From Somniosus microcephalus (lineage: Eukaryota): a stretch of 64,000 nt of DNA. A model generated the notes under the pieces. It had not been told where the DNA came from. It worked only from the letters and a program-made list of their open reading frames with translations, and did no database searches. Shown here piece after piece: positions 47,401 to 59,761 of this stretch. How positions within the stretch are numbered: position 1 is the first letter of the stretch; each line of letters starts with the position of its first letter. The stretch is from NCBI GenBank assembly GCA_052327205.1, contig CM126228.1, positions 28,086,001 to 28,150,000 of the forward strand, read 5' to 3'. Both the position numbers and the translations under genes were made by a program.

Positions 47401-49563
47401 AAACCAGACCACCTGGCATCGACCTCTGCACCGGCTACGGACACGGCAACGGCACACCCAGCCCAGTCAACCCTGCAAAGTCCTCCTCAACAACATCTGG
47501 GGACTTGTGTCAAAATTGGGAGAGCTGTCCTACAGACTAGTCAAGCAACAGCCTGACATAGTCATACTCACAGAATCATACCTTTCAGCCAATGTCCCAG
47601 ACTCCTCCATCACCAGCCCTGGGTATGTCCTGTCCCACCGGTAGGACAGACCCACCAGGGGTGGTGGCACAGTGGTATACAGTAAGGAAGGAGTGGCCCT
47701 GGGAATCCTCAACATTGACTCCGGACCCCATGAAGTCTCATGGCTTCAGGTCAAGCATGGGCAAGGAAACCGCCTGCTGATTACCACCTACCGCCCTCCC
47801 TCAGCTGATGAATCAGTACTCCTCCATGTTGAACACCACTTGGAAGAAGCACTGAGAGTAGCAAGGGCACAGAATGTACTCTGGGTGGGGGGCTTCAATG
47901 GCCATCACCAGAGTGGCTCGGTAGCACCACCGCTGACCGAGCTGGCTGAGTCCTGAAGGACATAACTGCCAGTCTGGGCCTGCGACAGGTGGTGAATGAA
48001 CCAACACGAGGGAAAAACCTACTTGACCTCATCCTCGCCAATCTACCTGTCACAGATGCATCTGTCCATGACAGCATTGGCAGCAGTGACCACCGCACAG
48101 TCATTGTGGAGACAAAGTCCCGTCTTCACATTGAGAACACCCTTCATCATGTTGTGTGGCACTACCACTGTGCTAAATGGGATAGATTCAGAACAGATCT
48201 AGCAGCTCAAAACTGGGCATCCATGAGGCACTGTGGGCCATCAACAGCAGCAGAATTGTATTCCACCACAATCTGTAACCTCATGGCCCGGCATATCCCT
48301 CACTCTACCATTACCACTAAGCCAGGGACCAACCCTGATTCAACGAGTGTAGAATAGCATGCCAGGAGCAGCACCAGGCATACCTAAAAATGAGGTGCTA
48401 ACCTGGGGAAGCTGCAACACAGGACTACATGCATGCTAAAAAGCGGAAGCAGCATGCTATAGACAGGGCTAAGCGATCCCACAATCAACGGATCGGATGA
48501 AAGCTCTGCAGTCCTGCCACATCCAGTCGTGAATGGTGGTGGACCATTAAATAACTAACGGGAGGAGGAGGCTCCAAGAATATCCCCATCCTCAATGATG
48601 GTGCAGCCCAGCACGTGAGTGCAAAAGACAAGGCTGAAGCATTTGCAATCAACTTCAGCCAGAAGTGCCGAGTGGATGATTCATATCGGCCTACTCCTGA
48701 GGTTCCCACCATCACAGAAGCCAGCCTTCAGCCAATTCGATTCACTCCACGTGATATCAAGAAACGGCTGAGCGCACTGGATACAGCAAAGGCTATGGGC
48801 CCTGACAACATCCCGGCTATCGTGCCGAAGACTTGTGCTCCAGAACTAGCCACGCCTCTAGCCAAGCTGTTCCAGTACAGCTACAACACTGGCATCTATC
48901 CGACAATGTGGAAAACTGCCCAGGTATGTCCTGTCCACAAAAATCAGGACAAATCCAACCCGGCCAATTACCGCCCCATCAGTCTACTCTCAATCATCAG
49001 CAAAGTGATTGCAGGTGTCATCGACAGTGCTATCTAGCAGCACTTACTCACGAATAACCTGCTCACTGAAGACCACTCTGCTCCCGACCTTATTACAGCC
49101 TTGGTCCAAATATGGACAAAGGAGCTGAATTCTAGAGGTGAGGTGAGAGTGACTGCCCTTGACATCAAGGCAGCATTTGACCAATTCTGGCATCAAGGAG
49201 CCCTAGTAAAACTGAAGTCAAAGGAAATCGGGGGGAAAACGCTCCACTGGCTGGAGTCATACCTAGCACAAAGGAAGATGGTTGTGGTGGTTGAAGGTCA
49301 ATCATCACAGCCCCAGGACATCGCTGCAGGAGTTCCTCAGGGCGGTGTTCTAGGCCCAACCATCTTCAGCTGCTTCATCAATGACCTTCCCTCCAACATA
49401 AGGTCAGAAATGGGGATGTTCGCTGATGCCTGCACAGTGTTCAGTGCCATTCACAACTCCACAGATAATGAAGCAGTCCACGCCCGCATGCAACAATACC
49501 TGGACGATGTTCAGGCTTGGGCTGATAAGTGGCAGGTAACATTCACGCCACAGAAGTGCCAGG

Positions 49564-49763
49564 TGTAGTGTATGAGCTTTAAGTCAGAACTACTTTTTAC
49601 AGCTCCTGTATACTGTAGTACCGGCAGTAACCACACCGGTATATAAGCTGTGCGCGTGCCTCTGTACCCCAGTCTAGAGATTACCCTCCTCCAGTAAAGA
49701 CCTGTTATTTGTTTATGTACAGCATCCGTGTAATTATTTATCCACTGAACCATGGATCTAACA
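49564..49763 (+). repeat. 5' LTR
   Basis: TGTAGTGTATG...GGATCTAACA with TATATAAG box; 5 mismatches to the 3' LTR by eye. Confidence 0.95.
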
Positions 49764-50242
49764 GTGGCGACGAGTGTCGATGCGAATCTACCTGCAACAT
49801 AAAACAAAACAAAAAAATAGTCGAGTCCAGGAACACGGGCGTCAACCGCGAGCAACCGCCCAGCAGTCAGGCAGAGATCCAACTTCGCTGGGGAGGCTGT
49901 GGAGAGCCGGGTTTGGTTCCCCAGCCACAACGAGCAGTAAGAGACCGACGACAGGTCGAGAGCAGACCCTTCCCGAGCAGCGGTGGCTGGAGCCGACCGA
50001 TGGCAGAGAGAGAGAGCCGAGCAGCGTTGACGATGTAAGAAGAGGGTGAAGAGAGCAGGGCGCAGCCGGGGGTTGATCACCGAGCGGCGTCGAGGAAAAA
50101 TACTGCAAACCGGAGAGAGAGAGGGTAAGAAACAGCCGGGTTCTAGACTGAGCGGCGTCGACAAATATCAAGGGAAGAACGCGCAGAGCACAGCCAGGGA
50201 TCACGGGCTGATCAGGGTCCGCGGGGCGAAGCAAGGGGAAAT

Positions 50243-50465
50243 GCCATTGAGCCGCGGAGAAGCAGGGAGAGCGCGGGAGACACCATTGAGCCGCGGAGAA
50301 GCCGGGAGAGCGCGGGAGGCGCCATTGAGCCGCGGAGAAGAAGGAAGAGCGCAGGAGATGCCATTTTGCGAAGCCGCAGCGGAGAAGATGGGCGAGCGCG
50401 GGAAGGAAGGAATGCACGGGAGACGCCATTTTGTGCCAGCGGAGAAGGGGAAGCGCGGGAGGCGC
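50243..50465 (+). repeat. ~39-bp tandem repeats in the Gypsy leader
   Basis: RCCATTGAGCCGCGGAGAAG...GAGAGCGCRGGAG x3, plus two diverged GCCATTTT units. Confidence 0.85.
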
Positions 50466-50494
50466 AATTGGTGATAGTTAACGCACAACCAAGG

Positions 50495-51350
50495 ATGCCG
50501 AAGAGTGGCAGTATCTCTACGTTCGACAATGAAGTCGAAGATTGGGCGACATATGTGGAACGTATTGAGGTGTACTGCAGGGCGAATGAAGTGCCAGATG
50601 CTAATAAAGCACTGGTTCTGTTAAATTCCATGGGTGCAAAAACTTATGGGTTACTGCGAAATCTAATAACCCCAGAGAAGCTGGTAAACAAGAATTTTGA
50701 AAGCATAGTAGAAATCCTACAGGACCACTTAAACCCCACACCGCTGCTGATAGCAGAACGATTTAAGTTCCATAAAAGGAACCAACACAAAGACGAAAGC
50801 AATGCTGAGTACCTAACGGAACTGCGCAAGCTATCGAAATACTGCCAGTTTGGAGCGGGACTAGCAGACACGTTAAGGGACAAGTTTGTGTGTGGGCTAC
50901 AAAGTGAAGGAACCCAGAAACGGCTTCTATCAGAAAAGGACCTTACGCTGGACAAAGCTTTCAGTATGGCAGTATCACACGAAGCAGCCGCAAGGGGCGC
51001 TGCAGAGATACAACGGAGACCGCAAGAATATGGCACCAACGAAATGACCTATGGAACAGGGAAGTGCTATCGCTGCGGCAGAACAACACATGACCAGAAA
51101 GATTGTTGGTTCAAGGACCAAGTGTGCAGACAGTGTGGGAAAGCAGGACACATAGCAAGAGTCTGCAGGTCTGGGAAGAAAACCAACAGTAAGAAATCTC
51201 CACAGGAGAAGTACAAAAAGGTACACCAGGTGATGGACAGTGGTTCAGACGAACAGAAAAGTGACACAGACTCCGGAAGCAAGGAGCTGGGTTGTCTGAA
51301 ACTACATAATGTAACCGAAATGGAGGATCACCAGACTATCTGGGTTACAC
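50495..51350 (+). pseudogene. Gypsy gag with tandem zinc knuckles (open up to the frameshift)
   Basis: MPKSGSISTFDNEVEDWATYVERIEVY...ERFKFHKRNQ...LRDKFVCGL...RLLSEKDLTLDKA; knuckles CYRCGRTTHDQKDC and CRQCGKAGHIARVC. Confidence 0.9.
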
Positions 51351-51547
51351 AAGATAGACGGAGTCCAAGTGGAAATGGAATTGGACACAGGGTCAGCTCT
51401 AACAGTCATAAATCAAAGAGACTACAAGCGGCTATTTTCACACATACCCTTGAAAGCTACCGAGATTGTCTTGAAGACGTATACGGGGCAAAAAGTCTAC
51501 CCCAAAGGAAAAATAAGGGTGAAAGTGACATATAAAGGTCAGTATGC
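51351..51547 (+). pseudogene. Gypsy aspartic protease, truncated
   Basis: IDGVQVEMELDTGSALTVI...LKTYTG...G...V.V.Y; out of frame with gag by a small indel near 51350. Confidence 0.85.
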
Positions 51548-52684
51548 CAGGGGACAGTGATGTGTGGATCCAGAGTGGTGATTCCACCCAAGTTAAGGGA
51601 GAGAGTGCTAAATGAGCTACATGAAGGTCATCTGGGGGGAGTGAAAATGAAAAGCCTAGCTAGGGCTTATGTGTGGTGGCCGGGAATCGATCAACAAATC
51701 GAAGACCTAACTAAGAGCTGCTTAGGATGCCAGAAGGTCCAAAATGCACCACCACATGCCCCTCTAAACCCATGGGAGTGGCCCTCCTCTCCGTGGTAAC
51801 GGGTGCACATTGAGTCCATGAATGGACCAGCGAAATCAATGTTCTTAATAGCAGTGGATGCTCATTCAAAGTGGCCTGAGGTGATAAAGATGTCTTCAAC
51901 CACTACAGAGAAAACGATTGCAGTCCTACGGACCATATTTGCCAGAAACGGTTTGCCAGAGCAGATCTGCTCTGATAATGGACCACAGTTTGTGTCCGAC
52001 GAGTTCCAAAAATTCATGATAAGGAATGGGGTAAGGCATTACACATCCGCCCCGTATCATCCAGCCACCAATGGATTGGCTGAGAGGTTCGTACAAACCT
52101 TTAAGAAGGCGATAAAGGCCACGTGCGACGAGGAAATTCCACTACAGCATAAGATGGACAATTTCTTATTAGCCTACCGAAATGCGACACATGCAGTTAC
52201 CAACCAGACACCGGCCATGATGTTCTTTAACTGAAGGTTGAGATCTCGCCTGGACTTGCTCAGACCAAATGTGCGAAGAAATGTTGAGGACAAACAATTC
52301 CAGCACATCAACGAGAAGCCGACAAGGAGCTTCAATGTAGGGCAACCAGTCTTGGCCCGGGACTATCGAACAGAGAAGTGGCAACCCGGAACGATATGTA
52401 CAAGGCAGGGGCCATTAATGTACACAGTAGATGTCGGGGAGAACATTGTGAGACGCCACGTCGATCAGATCTTAGCATCACAGGAATGCGTCAACCCCAT
52501 GTCTCGAGTACCTGGGGATGAACCCAACATACCGATAGCATCTACTTCAGACCCAGTAGCAGTGGAACCCGATGAACTACCCGATGAAAAGGGGTCAGAA
52601 TCGCCTCTGCACCAAGAACAAGAACCTCCGGAAAGGCGCTATCCCGAAAGGGTCAGGAAGCCGCCCCAAAGACTGAATCTATAA
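51548..52684 (+). pseudogene. Gypsy integrase with in-frame stops
   Basis: GSRVVIP, LHEGHLG...CLGC (HHCC), VDAHSKWPEV, SDNGPQF, SAPYHPATNGLAERFVQ and C-terminal RRHVDQI...RRYPERVRKPPQRL; stops at 51797-99 and 52232-34. Confidence 0.9.
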
Positions 52685-52771
52685 ATGGACTTTTGTTATT
52701 GAATGTACATGTAAAAATGTAATTGTTATTTGAATATTAAGGGGGTATTATTAATCTAAAAAGGGAGGAAT

Positions 52772-52971
52772 TGTAGTGTATGTGCTTTAAGTCAGAAGTA
52801 CTTTTTACAGCTCCTGTATACTGTAGTACCGGCAGTAACCACACCGGTATATAAGCTGTGCGCATGCCTCTGTACCCCAGTCTAGAGATTACCCTCCTCC
52901 AGTAAAGACCTGTTATTTGTTTATGTACAGCATCCGTGTAATTATTTATCCATTGAACCACGGATCTAACA
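52772..52971 (+). repeat. 3' LTR
   Basis: Direct repeat of 49564-49763. Confidence 0.95.
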
Positions 52972-54654
52972 CCAGGCAGTGACTATCTCCAACAAGCGAG
53001 AGTCTAACCACCTCCCCTTGACATTCAGTGGCATTACCATCACCAAATCCCCCACTATCAACATCCTGGGGGGGGTCACCCTTAACCAGAAGCTTAACTG
53101 GACCAGCCACATAAATACTGTGGCAACAAGAGCAGGTCAGAGGCTGGGTATTCTGCAGCAAGTGTCTCACCTCCTGACTCCCCAAAGCCTACCACTATCT
53201 ACAAGGCACAAGTCAGGAGTGTGATGGAATACTCTCCACTTGCCTGGATGAGTGCAGGCCCAACAACACTCAAGAAGCTCGACACCATCCAGGACAAAGC
53301 AGCCCGCTTGATTGGCACCCCATCCACCACCTTAAACATTCACTCCCTCCACCACCGGCGTACCATGGCTGCAGTGTGTACCATCTACAAGATGCACTGT
53401 AGCAACTCGCCAAGGCTTCTTCGGCAGCACCTCCCAAACCCGCAACCTCTTCCACCTAGAAGGACAAGGGCAGCAGGTGCATGGGAACACCACCGCCTCC
53501 AAGTTCCGCTCCAAGTCAGACACCGTCCTGACTTAGAAGTATATTGCCGATCCTTCATCGTCGCTGGGTCAAAATCCTGGAACTCCCTAGCTAACAGCAC
53601 TGTGGGAGTACCATCACCACACGGACTGCAGCAGTTCAAGAAGGCGGCTCACCACCTTCTCAAGGGCAATTAGGGATGGGCAATAAATGCTGGCCTTGCC
53701 AGCGACACCCACATCCCAAATGAATTTTTAAAAATGGACACCTTTCGGTTGCTGTTGTCTGAGGAAAAAGTGACTTTGGCGCCGAGACTGGTTGTGATCC
53801 ATGCGGGTTAGAAGCAGTTTAGTTCTACCTTTTTTAAAGCAGATGATCTAATATACTGCAATCTAATAGATCGCACCATGTGTGAGTTTATTTCCAAATG
53901 ATCCTCAGATTTTCACGTGGATGCATAAGCTGTTGCTTTGCTTCTGTTGTGATCGCCCTGGATTGAAGGTGGCTTACTGGCCTAGTTAACACAACCAGTT
54001 GGGAAGGTCATGAGTGCATTTGTACAGTTGTTAAGGTTGTTTTAAGCCTTTCAGCAGACAGTAATCTTCATATTGGATGTTAGCCAAAAATAAAATCTGT
54101 TTGATTTGAATTGCTTCTATCCATTTAAAAAAAAATCCTCAGAAAAGTTCTTAATAATTGAGGAAATATTCCTGTTGCCTACTATCTAAAACAAAGTCTT
54201 TCACCTACATCAGTGTCCCAATCCTATCGTAACACAGCCACATTTGTATTGGAAGCTTATATTGATAAAACCTGTAAGTAGGCAAAACGATCCGTGTAAT
54301 TCCAGTGATCCATGGGTGCTTTTTGCTTAATCCCTTTTTAGTTTGTTCCAAACCTTGAACGTTGTTATGCCATGTATCATTCTCTTGCTGAATAAAGACC
54401 GGTGAAGCTTCAGCCAATAAGTGTTTGAGAGAGGATTAACTAATTCCCCTTTTTACCCTCTTTTTATGACATTAGAATGTACTTGAGCAGCCATGCGTGT
54501 AACTCTGCAGTCCCCAGTGACGTGAGTGGGCAGTGCAACTCTGTATATTTCTGATCAGTTCATGATGGGGAGGATTTTTTTAAATTCGCTTATGGGATGT
54601 GAGCGTCGCTGGCAAGGCCAGCATTTATTGCCCATCCCGTTCTTGATTTTGAGG

Positions 54655-55050
54655 GAGTACAGAGAGGAGCAATCAAGATTATTCCAAGTATCTAGAAACC
54701 CAAATTATGAGGAAAGGTTAAGAAAATGTGATGTATTCTCCTTGGAAAAGAGGCGACTTTGAGGCAATCAAATGAAAGTTTTCAAAGATTGAAGAGGATT
54801 ATTGATCCAAGCGAAGGGTTTGGATCGCAAGTTTTAAAAATGAGAAATGTAGGAGTAGTGAAAGCTCAGCAGAACTTTTTTATGCAGGTGATGGTAAATT
54901 TATGGAATACCTCACCTTGGGAGGCCACTGAAATAAATAGTATAGATAGGCTGAGGAGGCTGCAAGATGTGCATCTGGTGGGAGGAGTTTTGACGGATCT
55001 GGAAGGAAGGTTGGGATCATTCAAAGAGGCACTGGCTCTCTGAGCCTAAT
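54655..55050 (+). mobile_element. Degraded CR1 3' fragment
   Basis: YEERLRKCDVFSLEKRRL and NFFMQVMVNLWN in the ORF track. A rc tail of the 47045 LINE family lies just upstream (54580-54640). Confidence 0.7.
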
Positions 55051-55485
55051 GGCATTTATTTTGTTGCTGCCAGTGATGACTTGTAGCAATAACTGACCTA
55101 AATAAGGAACTTCAAGTGCTGGAACTAGTGTTATTTAATCATGCAGCTGAAAGTTTGTTCCGAATAATCGTAAAGCTGCTAATAATATTGAAACTAAAAT
55201 GCACGGAGAAGTCTGTCATTTCCCCAAGTCAGATTGGCGCGTGTGGTGGCTGTTTTTTTCTTGTATGCAGGATTGTGAAGTGTGCAGCGATTAATCAGCT
55301 TATGTTGTCACTGCAGATTAAACGGGAATAGGATGAAGAAAGCGATGTCGTGCACATGGCCTGAAGGTCAGCACATTTCCCAGAGCTGAATGGAAACGTG
55401 TAGATCAGCTTCAGAGGCTTGAGCGGAGGGGGACACTTCAAAGAATCCAAAACGAACGCCCAGAATTCTGCTTTTAAAACACCAT

Positions 55486-56131
55486 GGGCTAAAATTTGAG
55501 TAGCGCCCCGCATCCCTCTTGGGGCACTGTGTCAATATTGCGGCGTTACGTGCCGCAGCGTCACATGCTACGGCACGTCGCGCCACGGTATTGCAGGCCT
55601 TCCTCCCCTTCTTAAAGGGGAGGGGCCTTGTGCAGCGCAACCTGGGGCACAGCTGGGCCCCCGGGGTTCGGGAATGCAGGCAAAAGAGCCCGGCACTCAA
55701 GAGAAGTGCCGGGCTCTTGGAGCGCAGCCAGCACTCCACGGGGCGGGGGGGGGGGGGGGCGTTTCAGGAGGTCTGGGACGGGAGTGCTGGCAGGCGGCCA
55801 GCAACAAAAATGGCCGCCCCGCACCTCGCCTTTAAATTGTGCCTCCCCGGCCGCAGGTCGGCCCCCCTGACCCTGTCGGACATAGCGTCCAGCGGTAAGT
55901 CAGGGGGCGCTCCTGAAGATCGTGAGCGGGGCGCTGCGCACGCCAATGGTGTCATCGCCAGCGGTGCAGCGCCGCAAGGCACTACCGGTTAGCGCCACCA
56001 CTAACCTCCCGCTGAATTTTGCGGGAGGCGTGGGCAGTGCCGCGCCGCGCCCGGGCGCTAGTTGGTTTGCGTCCCGTTAGTGCCCTCTTTAGGCGCTAAT
56101 GGGAGGCGCAACCAACTGAATTTTTACCCCC
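55486..56131. mobile_element. PIF/Harbinger-like MITE, CpG-rich
   Basis: Ends GGGCTAAAATTTGAGT / rc GGGGGTAAAAATTCAGT; TSD CAT (55483-85, 56132-34). Shares TGCAGGCCTTCCTCCC.TTCTTAA.GGGGAGGGGCCT and the right end with 23649-24359. Confidence 0.8.
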
Positions 56132-56898
56132 CATGTTCTCTGAAGTTGCGCCTGTTGATTTTCTGTAGATTTTACACCAGATCTTTTGAATGTTTTTTTA
56201 AACAAAATTTTGAGGAGCAATGCAAACATTTCCTCCTCCCCTAATTTGCTACTTAAATGAATTTCTGCTTTTAAAGGGAATTTTCTTTTTGTTTAAAGAA
56301 GGATAATCAACTTGTGTCATAGCAAAGATGATTCCTGCAAGAGATACCGTGATTATTTGCCAGAATTTTATGAAAATTGTGCTCTTTTAAGAAGGTTAGG
56401 AGAGGGTGGGGTGTCAAATGTCTAACATATTACACCATTGGCAGGAATAGTTCCTGAGTCTAGCATTTTAAAAGTTGTCTTTCCCTCCATTCATATACTA
56501 ATTACATTTTATATATTGATACCTGCTTATGTGGTCTCGGTCACTGTTGTGCTTTGCCTCAGGACTTCTCAAAGTGCCTGTCAGTGCTGATAACCCACCT
56601 ATAACTCCAGGGATTGTATATATTTGGATAAATGACTAGTAGGATGTCTTCCACAGATGCAGACAAGAAGGCAGCTGAGCACACAGCTCTCAAGTTCAAA
56701 CATCTAGGAACCGTAGTCAATCTGGAGAATTGTCACAATGATCCCTTTTGTCCAAACCTGAACCTTTCAGGAGCCAGGTTTCAGGCTGTCTCTGATGAAG
56801 ATTTCCTTTTTCAAGGAGAACTCTTCTTTTTCTTTGTGCTGTGAAGAATTTTGAAGTTCTGCTCTAACATAGTCACATGCCACAAGTTACTAGACTAT

Positions 56899-57732
56899 GG
56901 CCTGGAATGTCCTGCACCATCCCACCCAGAAGTTAGACCCGAAAATGTGCCCATTCTGCTAATGTCAAAATACGCCCAAATTTCCTGTGAACCTGACTAG
57001 AATGCGGCACTGTTCCCTTTAAGCTGCGCCGCTCTCTGCAGCTCCCGCGCAGCTGGCTCTCGCCATCTTTTAAATAGGAAAAAACGCGCATGCGCGGTAT
57101 TTTGAATGGGCCGCACAGCCCGTTAAAGGGACCGTGCACCCCCAAAAAAATTGCAAGGGACATTAAAATACGCCTGAATATAAAATAGGCGTAAATCAAC
57201 ATTAACATTCGGGGCTCGAGGAAAGCGCTGAACTCGCACCATATATTTCTTCAAATATGAAAATTTAAGCTTGAACTCATTTAATCATCATTCATGCACA
57301 GCCTGTCTAAGAACCTGCAATTGGGGAAGCTTTTCAGTTTTTAAGGTGACTTGTATGAAAATACAGAGCACGTCTCAGTAAGGATAAATAAAAAAAATAG
57401 AATGCTCAAAAAATTATAGTAAAGCACCAGAAAAATTACTTTGTTTTCCACTGTGCTTGAAAATGGTAATTTGAACAGAGCTTCTAAGCAAGCACATTTG
57501 CAGGAAACTCGCTTATAAGGCTCTGCAACTGGGGAGCAGGGCCATTATTATGGGCGGAGATGCTTTCGGGCAGAGTGATCGATAGACGATTGTAAAAGAG
57601 CGAGGAGATTTGGGCGTATTGTATTTGGACACGTAACTAATTCACGCCCCAAATTCCGTGTTCTTTTAGGCCGCGTATTTGATTGGCGATTACGTGTTTC
57701 TCTGGGAGCAAATACACAGGAAATTCTAGGCC
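56899..57732. mobile_element. PIF/Harbinger-like MITE, 834 bp
   Basis: 16-bp TIRs GGCCTGGAATGTCCTG / rc GGCCTAGAATTTCCTG; TSD not conserved. Confidence 0.65.
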
Positions 57733-59299
57733 ATTATATCGATGTAATAAACCATGTGGCATAGGAAAAGTAAGTAACTATCAGAGAGTAGTCCAATAAA
57801 GTGTATTTCCCAGGTAGGTGATGTTTAGTTAACAGAAGTAAGAGGACAGCATAATTTAAAATGTCAAAGTACTATTCTTATCAGTAGGAACATCATTGCT
57901 TAAACGAGTTACATAATTCAGATGTGGTTCTGAACTTTGTATCCATGAAATCATCAACAGCACTGTTTTTGCCAATTTCTTTCAGCAAAGTTCTTTCAAT
58001 TCACATTATAGAGACAAAGCATTCAACCTGTCTTGTGCCACACTTGCTGAGTTTCAAGCAGGAAAAGCATTTGTGTCCTGTGCGGTTTGCCACCATTAGG
58101 CTAATAACGAAAGCAATTGAATTATTCTCGTACTTTTAACATGTCCTCAGGACCTCTCAAAGTGAATTACTTCTCCGAGTGAAGTCATTGTTATGCAGGC
58201 AAACCCAGCAGCCCATTTGTGTACAGCAAGGTCCTAGAAACAGCAACTGAGCGAAATAATCAGCTATTCTGTTTGATGGTGGAGTTGATTGAGGGGCGAA
58301 TGCTGGCCAGAACAGCATTTGAATAGTGCAGTGAAATCTTTTATGTCCATTTGAAGAGGTGTGCCATTCTTGTGAGAATTCCTGCCTATGGTATGCAGTG
58401 GCTGGAATTGCTTCCATTAGCAGTTGGACTCATACGAGTGGCACTGAGAGGAGAGGGGCCCCCCGATCCCCTCTTCATTTTGTCAGCAAATACTGACACG
58501 CAGACTGACTACCCAAAATACTGACTGCTAGCGTGAAATATCGACAGTGGGCATGCATCTTTGTAAAAAGGAATTTCTTTGTGATGGTGAAACAAAACGA
58601 TCAGAAGCACGAACAAAACGGTATGTGGATCACCTTAGCCTGTACTGGTTAAAATAAAAATGTACCGTAACACTTAACTAGATAAACTGAGATCAGCTTG
58701 CTGTTGTTCAGCTGGCAGTGATGCTATTATTTATTGTTTATACACTCTTTTTTGCTTGAACCAAAGTCTAAAACTTATTAATATATTCATGGAAATATCA
58801 ATCTAAAATAAATCATGAATACTGTGCTGCAAAGTATAATCCTGGTGTCCCAAAATTTTAAATGCACATAAAATGCAGTTGTGCTTACAGTGAAGAAATT
58901 GGTTTTGTCAGACAATGTTACTCTTATGCTAAATAAAAGGATTGTAAAGCAACATTTTATGGTGAATAATATTTCACTTTATCAGGGAGTGCAGACTCTG
59001 GTCATGGCAGTTAGCTAACATCATTATTTAGCTGAAGTAAAAATAAAAAAAACACACATTAGTCAGTGTCTGAAAGAAAAAGATGGGTTAACGTTACAAG
59101 TGAGATGCTTCCTCTGAAGTAAGATCTCGTATATAAGGTTCTACCCAAAACATTAATTTTTATCTCTCAGATCGTGCCTAATTTGTGCATCTCCACTACT
59201 TTGTTGTTTCTAGTTCCGATTTAATAGCCTTCCCAGTTTTTTTCTTCTTTTTAGTTATTATTGTGAGGTGTTGCTAAACTCAGGGAAGTCCTGTTTGTA

Positions 59300-59761
59300 C
59301 GATAGCAAAATATTGCAGATGCTGGAAATCCGAAATAACAACAGAAAATGCTGGAAAAACTCAGCAGGCCAGGCAACATCCGTAGAGAGAGAAATAGAGT
59401 CAACGTTTCAGGTCGAAACCCTTTGTCAAGACTGAAAAAGCACAGGAAATGAAACAGATTAAAAGGCCAGGCTGGGAGAGAACAAAAGAGAAGTGAAGAG
59501 ACATTAAGAGGTATTCAAAACCAGACGAGATGGTGATAGGACTAGTGGAGACAAAAGACGGCTCTAGATTAGGTGTGAAATGCGCTGGCAGAATAAGAGA
59601 CAGCTGCCATGTGGGAGAGAGAAAAAGGGGGAAGGGCACAAAACAAAGGGGTGGATAAAAAATATATGTAAAAATGTAATGGGGGCTGAGGTTATGGTCT
59701 GAAATTGTTGAACTCGATATTGAGTCCGGAAGGCTGTAAAGTGCCTAATCGGAAGATGAAA
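59300..59761 (-). mobile_element. Penelope-like element 3' end (GIY-YIG C-terminus + pLTR)
   Basis: 59760-59692 translates FIFRLGTLQPSGLNIEFNNFRP*, the typical vertebrate PLE ORF end. Perfect 11-bp TSD TCCTGTTTGTA (59289-99, 59762-72). Confidence 0.9.

Larger units (their letters stand above)
49564..52971 (+). mobile_element. Ty3/Gypsy (Mag-like) LTR retrotransposon, internally deleted (no RT/RNase H)
   Basis: Two 200-bp TG...CA LTRs, TSD CCAGG (49559-63, 52972-76), PBS TGGCGACGAG at 49765, PPT AAAAAGGGAGGAA before 52772, and gag-PR-IN order. Confidence 0.95.
47045..53734 (+). mobile_element. Near full-length, decayed CR1-group LINE (APE + RT, no ORF1) with tRNA-like 5' head; ~3.3 kb excluding the nested LTR element
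   Basis: APE motifs NIWGL..KL.EL...QQPDIVILTESY, GGFNGHH, PTRGKNLLDLILAN and SDH. RT motifs KAMGPDNIP, NYRPISLLSIISKV, LDIKAAFD, GVPQGGVLGPTIFSCFINDL and FADAC (FADD mutated). The C-terminus MEYSPLAW..LDTIQDKAARLI resumes after 52976. Multiple stops and frameshifts. Confidence 0.9.

Noticed and set aside
50366-51535. 389-aa ORF as a host or domesticated gene
   Set aside because: It is gag within paired LTRs, and its last ~60 residues are out-of-frame read-through over the protease.
55310-55480. Frame ...PRAEWKRVDQLQRLERRGTLQRIQNERPEF
   Set aside because: No start codon or convincing splice pair, and the peptide is not recognised.
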